Assembly (NCBI GenBank): GCA_001244265.2
Contig: CDLV01000015.1
Span: forward strand, 744,001-808,000
Length of the DNA: 64,000 nt
From: Microbotryum violaceum
Taxonomy: Eukaryota
Reading direction: 5' to 3'
Shown: positions 61,344 through 64,000 of the stretch, in pieces
Layout: each line of letters begins with the position of its first letter
How positions within the stretch are numbered: the first letter of the stretch is position 1
The notes under the pieces: model-generated
Told to the model about the DNA's origin: nothing
The model's database searches: none
Seen by the model: the letters and a program-made list of their open reading frames with translations, nothing else
Made by a program: the position numbers and the translations under genes

Positions 61344-64000
61344 ATGACCATGGAGGCATCTATGGCGTCAGACCCCGGATTTCTGCTGCAGCATCCCGCA
61401 TCTGTTCTATCAGGGTCGTCGTCGTTGCCGTCATCGTCGTCCCCACCTAGCGCAGCGGTCGTCATCGCCCTGGCTGTGGCCTTGTTGATCTCGCTCAGCG
61501 CGTCTGTATGGTCCGTCTACGCTTCAATTCGTGATGCAGCTCGTGCTGAGGATCATCTTAAGAACGGTCCCAATAATCATCCGGAACACGACTTGCTCTT
61601 GGATGATAGCGACGAGGACGAGCGCGAACATCGCGACGACGATGACACAGATGGGGACGATCAACGACCCTCGCTCGCGCAGTGGATTCGAGAAGCAGCA
61701 CGACTTGTGCTATTGGCTGGTTTGTTGGGGGTCACGACAGCCAAGCTGCCGGTCGAGTCGCATGCTTCGACGTGGCTTGTGCTTTGGGAGGTCGAGTTGA
61801 TCGTGCTCGCGGTGAGTGAACATACCTACGCACGCGAAGGGCGGAGGTTGGGCAGCTGTCCCAACACCGAGCACTGATCTCATGGCTTGATCACCACCAT
61901 GCAGGTTTACTTGACCTCACTGAGTCTACTCGGTGTACTCCACATCGTGCCTCCGTCGCTGTCGAGGCTGCAACAAGGCCCGCTCGCGCTCATCTCACTC
62001 GTCTTCCTCGCGATACGTCACGTGAGTCCGGGCGAGGCCGGCGTGTGCACTGTGGGGTTCCAGGCTGATAGGCTGAGCAGCTGTTTACGGTGGGATGACT
62101 AACGCGTTTCTTGTTCGCTACAGATTTTGCCTTACTTTTTACAGTCACGACCTCATGCATCGGTCGTGAGCTCGCTCGGAGTGGCTCAAACCGCGATCGT
62201 GGCCGCGCTGTTCTTGATCGTGCTTTCGACGCCGCCTGATTGGTCGCCGGTGTTGCCCAAGGTCAGCCTTCGCTCAGCGCTCAGCAAGCGGTGGCCACTC
62301 GTGTTTGTCTCGGAATAGGTGCTAACCCATCCTCGAAAATGTGTCAACTTCCAACCAGGCAAAAGCCCACCCAGCCCAAGTCGCATCACCCTTGTCGCGA
62401 CTGTTTTTCACTTTCCTTGAACTTCGCATGATCCGGTACTACCTCGGCTCCTCGCGCCGATCAAGTTCGACGAGCGCGTCCGAAGATTTCCTCAAATACG
62501 TGCCCGTCCTCCCCGACGTCCTTCACACCCAACACGTCCTACACCACTTTCGATGGAGAGGTGACGAACCTCGAGCTTCGGCCAACGACGAAGAACGCGT
62601 CGATCAAGATTCGGCGACGATTGGAGGTGTTTGTGCCTTCATGTGGACGTTTCGGATCGAGTTGGTCAAGATTCTATGCTTTGCGACCGTTTGGGTCCTC
62701 GCCTTGTTTGTTTCGCCTCTCTCGATGAATTTGTTGTTGCGATACGTACAAGGTCAAGATACAACAAACGTCTCGCCTTACCTCTTCGTGTTTGGCATCT
62801 TTGGTGCTCCTATCGTCGCTTCGACCGCCTACCAAGGGGCGACGTACCGGCTGAGCGAGATTGGGCTGCGACTGAGGGGCCTACTAGGTCACGCTGTTTT
62901 CGAGAAGTTGCTGCGGGTCAAAGCTGGAGGAGGAGGATCAAAGGAGGATGGTGAAGATGTGGATGATGACGATGGGCTAAACGAGGAGGTGACCGAAGAC
63001 GGAGCTTCGACCGACTCGGCGCCGAGCCCCACGTCATCGGGCAGCAAATCGGGCGGAAGCGAGGCTGTCGGCAGGGTCAACAATCTCGTCGGCACCGACA
63101 TCGACGTCATTACCAGCTCCTTAACGACCTCATTGCAACTGTTTGGCGTCTTGCCCAAGCTCTTCGTCTCGTTGTTGTTCCTTTACTTCCTCTTGGGTTG
63201 GTCCGCCTTCGTCGCCTTGGCTTCGATTGTCGCATTCGCTCCGATGAGCACGGTCGTCAGTCGCAAGTACGGCGCCGTACAAGAGGAGATCATGAAAGCT
63301 ACGGACAAGCGTATCACGATCGTTCAGGAACTCGTCTCGTCCGTGAGGATCATCAAGATGTTCGCGTGGGAAAAATCGATGATGGGTAAAATTTACGAGG
63401 CGAGGGAGATTGAGCTGCGCAGGATCACCAAGAGGGCCAAGGTTTATGCGGGGATGATGGGATTATCGACGGGGGTTCCAATGGTCGTTACTTTGAGCAC
63501 CTTTGGAGCCTATGTCTTTGGGATGAAGCAGGTGAGTCCGAGGGGTATTCACATTGCTTCTGAGCAAGTCGGCTAATGAGGGTGATTATGCGCAGACCTT
63601 GACGGCATCAACTGCCTTCACCAGCATGTCCCTTTTCGGTCTCTTGAGGGAAGCAGTCATTTCGTCGACCTATCTCCTTTCAGCTTTCATGCGAGCCAAG
63701 GTCTCGCTGAACCGCATAACCCGCTTCCTCTCCGACACCGAAGAACTCGACTCCTCCCCTCGCTCTTTCGAAGGCGACACCATCTCCTTCAAGAACGCCG
63801 TCTTCCGTTTCTCGCGCTACAACTCGAAAGGATCTCAGCCTTTCGAACTCTTCGTCAATGATCTTGCGATCCCGATGGGTAAGACGACGATCATCGCTGG
63901 TGACGTTGGGTCCGGCAAGTCGGCTTTGTTGCTCGCTCTTTTAGGCGAGCTGCATCGTCGTTCGGGAGAGGTCAAGTTCCCCGCGAGGGTCAAGACGAGT
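61344..64000 (+). CDS. ABCC/MRP-type ABC transporter, partial (runs off right edge)
   Basis: N-terminal TM segments, TMD1 motifs (GRVNNLVGTD, IMKATDKRI, VRIIKMFAWE, VSLNRITRFL) and Walker A GDVGSGKS near 63898-63921. Confidence 0.93.

Overview
Eukaryotic, intron-rich fungal DNA. Short GT-AG introns, CTRAC branch points and the gene content point to a basidiomycete yeast, probably Microbotryomycetes (inference). The window carries about 18 spliced protein-coding genes. These include a Yip1-family protein, a G-patch/Tma23-like protein, RPN13, a Urg1-type GTP cyclohydrolase II, a TPR-SET protein, NEDD8/RUB1, SCOC/Slo1, a DUF6534-type membrane protein, MON2, SARAF/DUF1183, BUB1, a B-type cyclin, EXO5 and a partial ABCC transporter. 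Five things stand out. (1) A three-member family of secreted, Kex2-site-bearing proteins; two of them share a Cys/Trp/Gly module with identical intron positions and Gly-rich tails, and one copy is a pseudogene. (2) An in-frame spliced fusion of a SET methyltransferase domain to the tRNA deaminase subunit Tad3. (3) A ~1.7 kb fold-back palindrome with an identical core and diverged outer arms. (4) A chimeric mitochondrial insertion (atp9 5' end plus a decayed tRNA). (5) A decayed tandem copy of the Urg1 3' end with a different intron layout. Gene boundaries are manual splice reconstructions, and no database searches were run.
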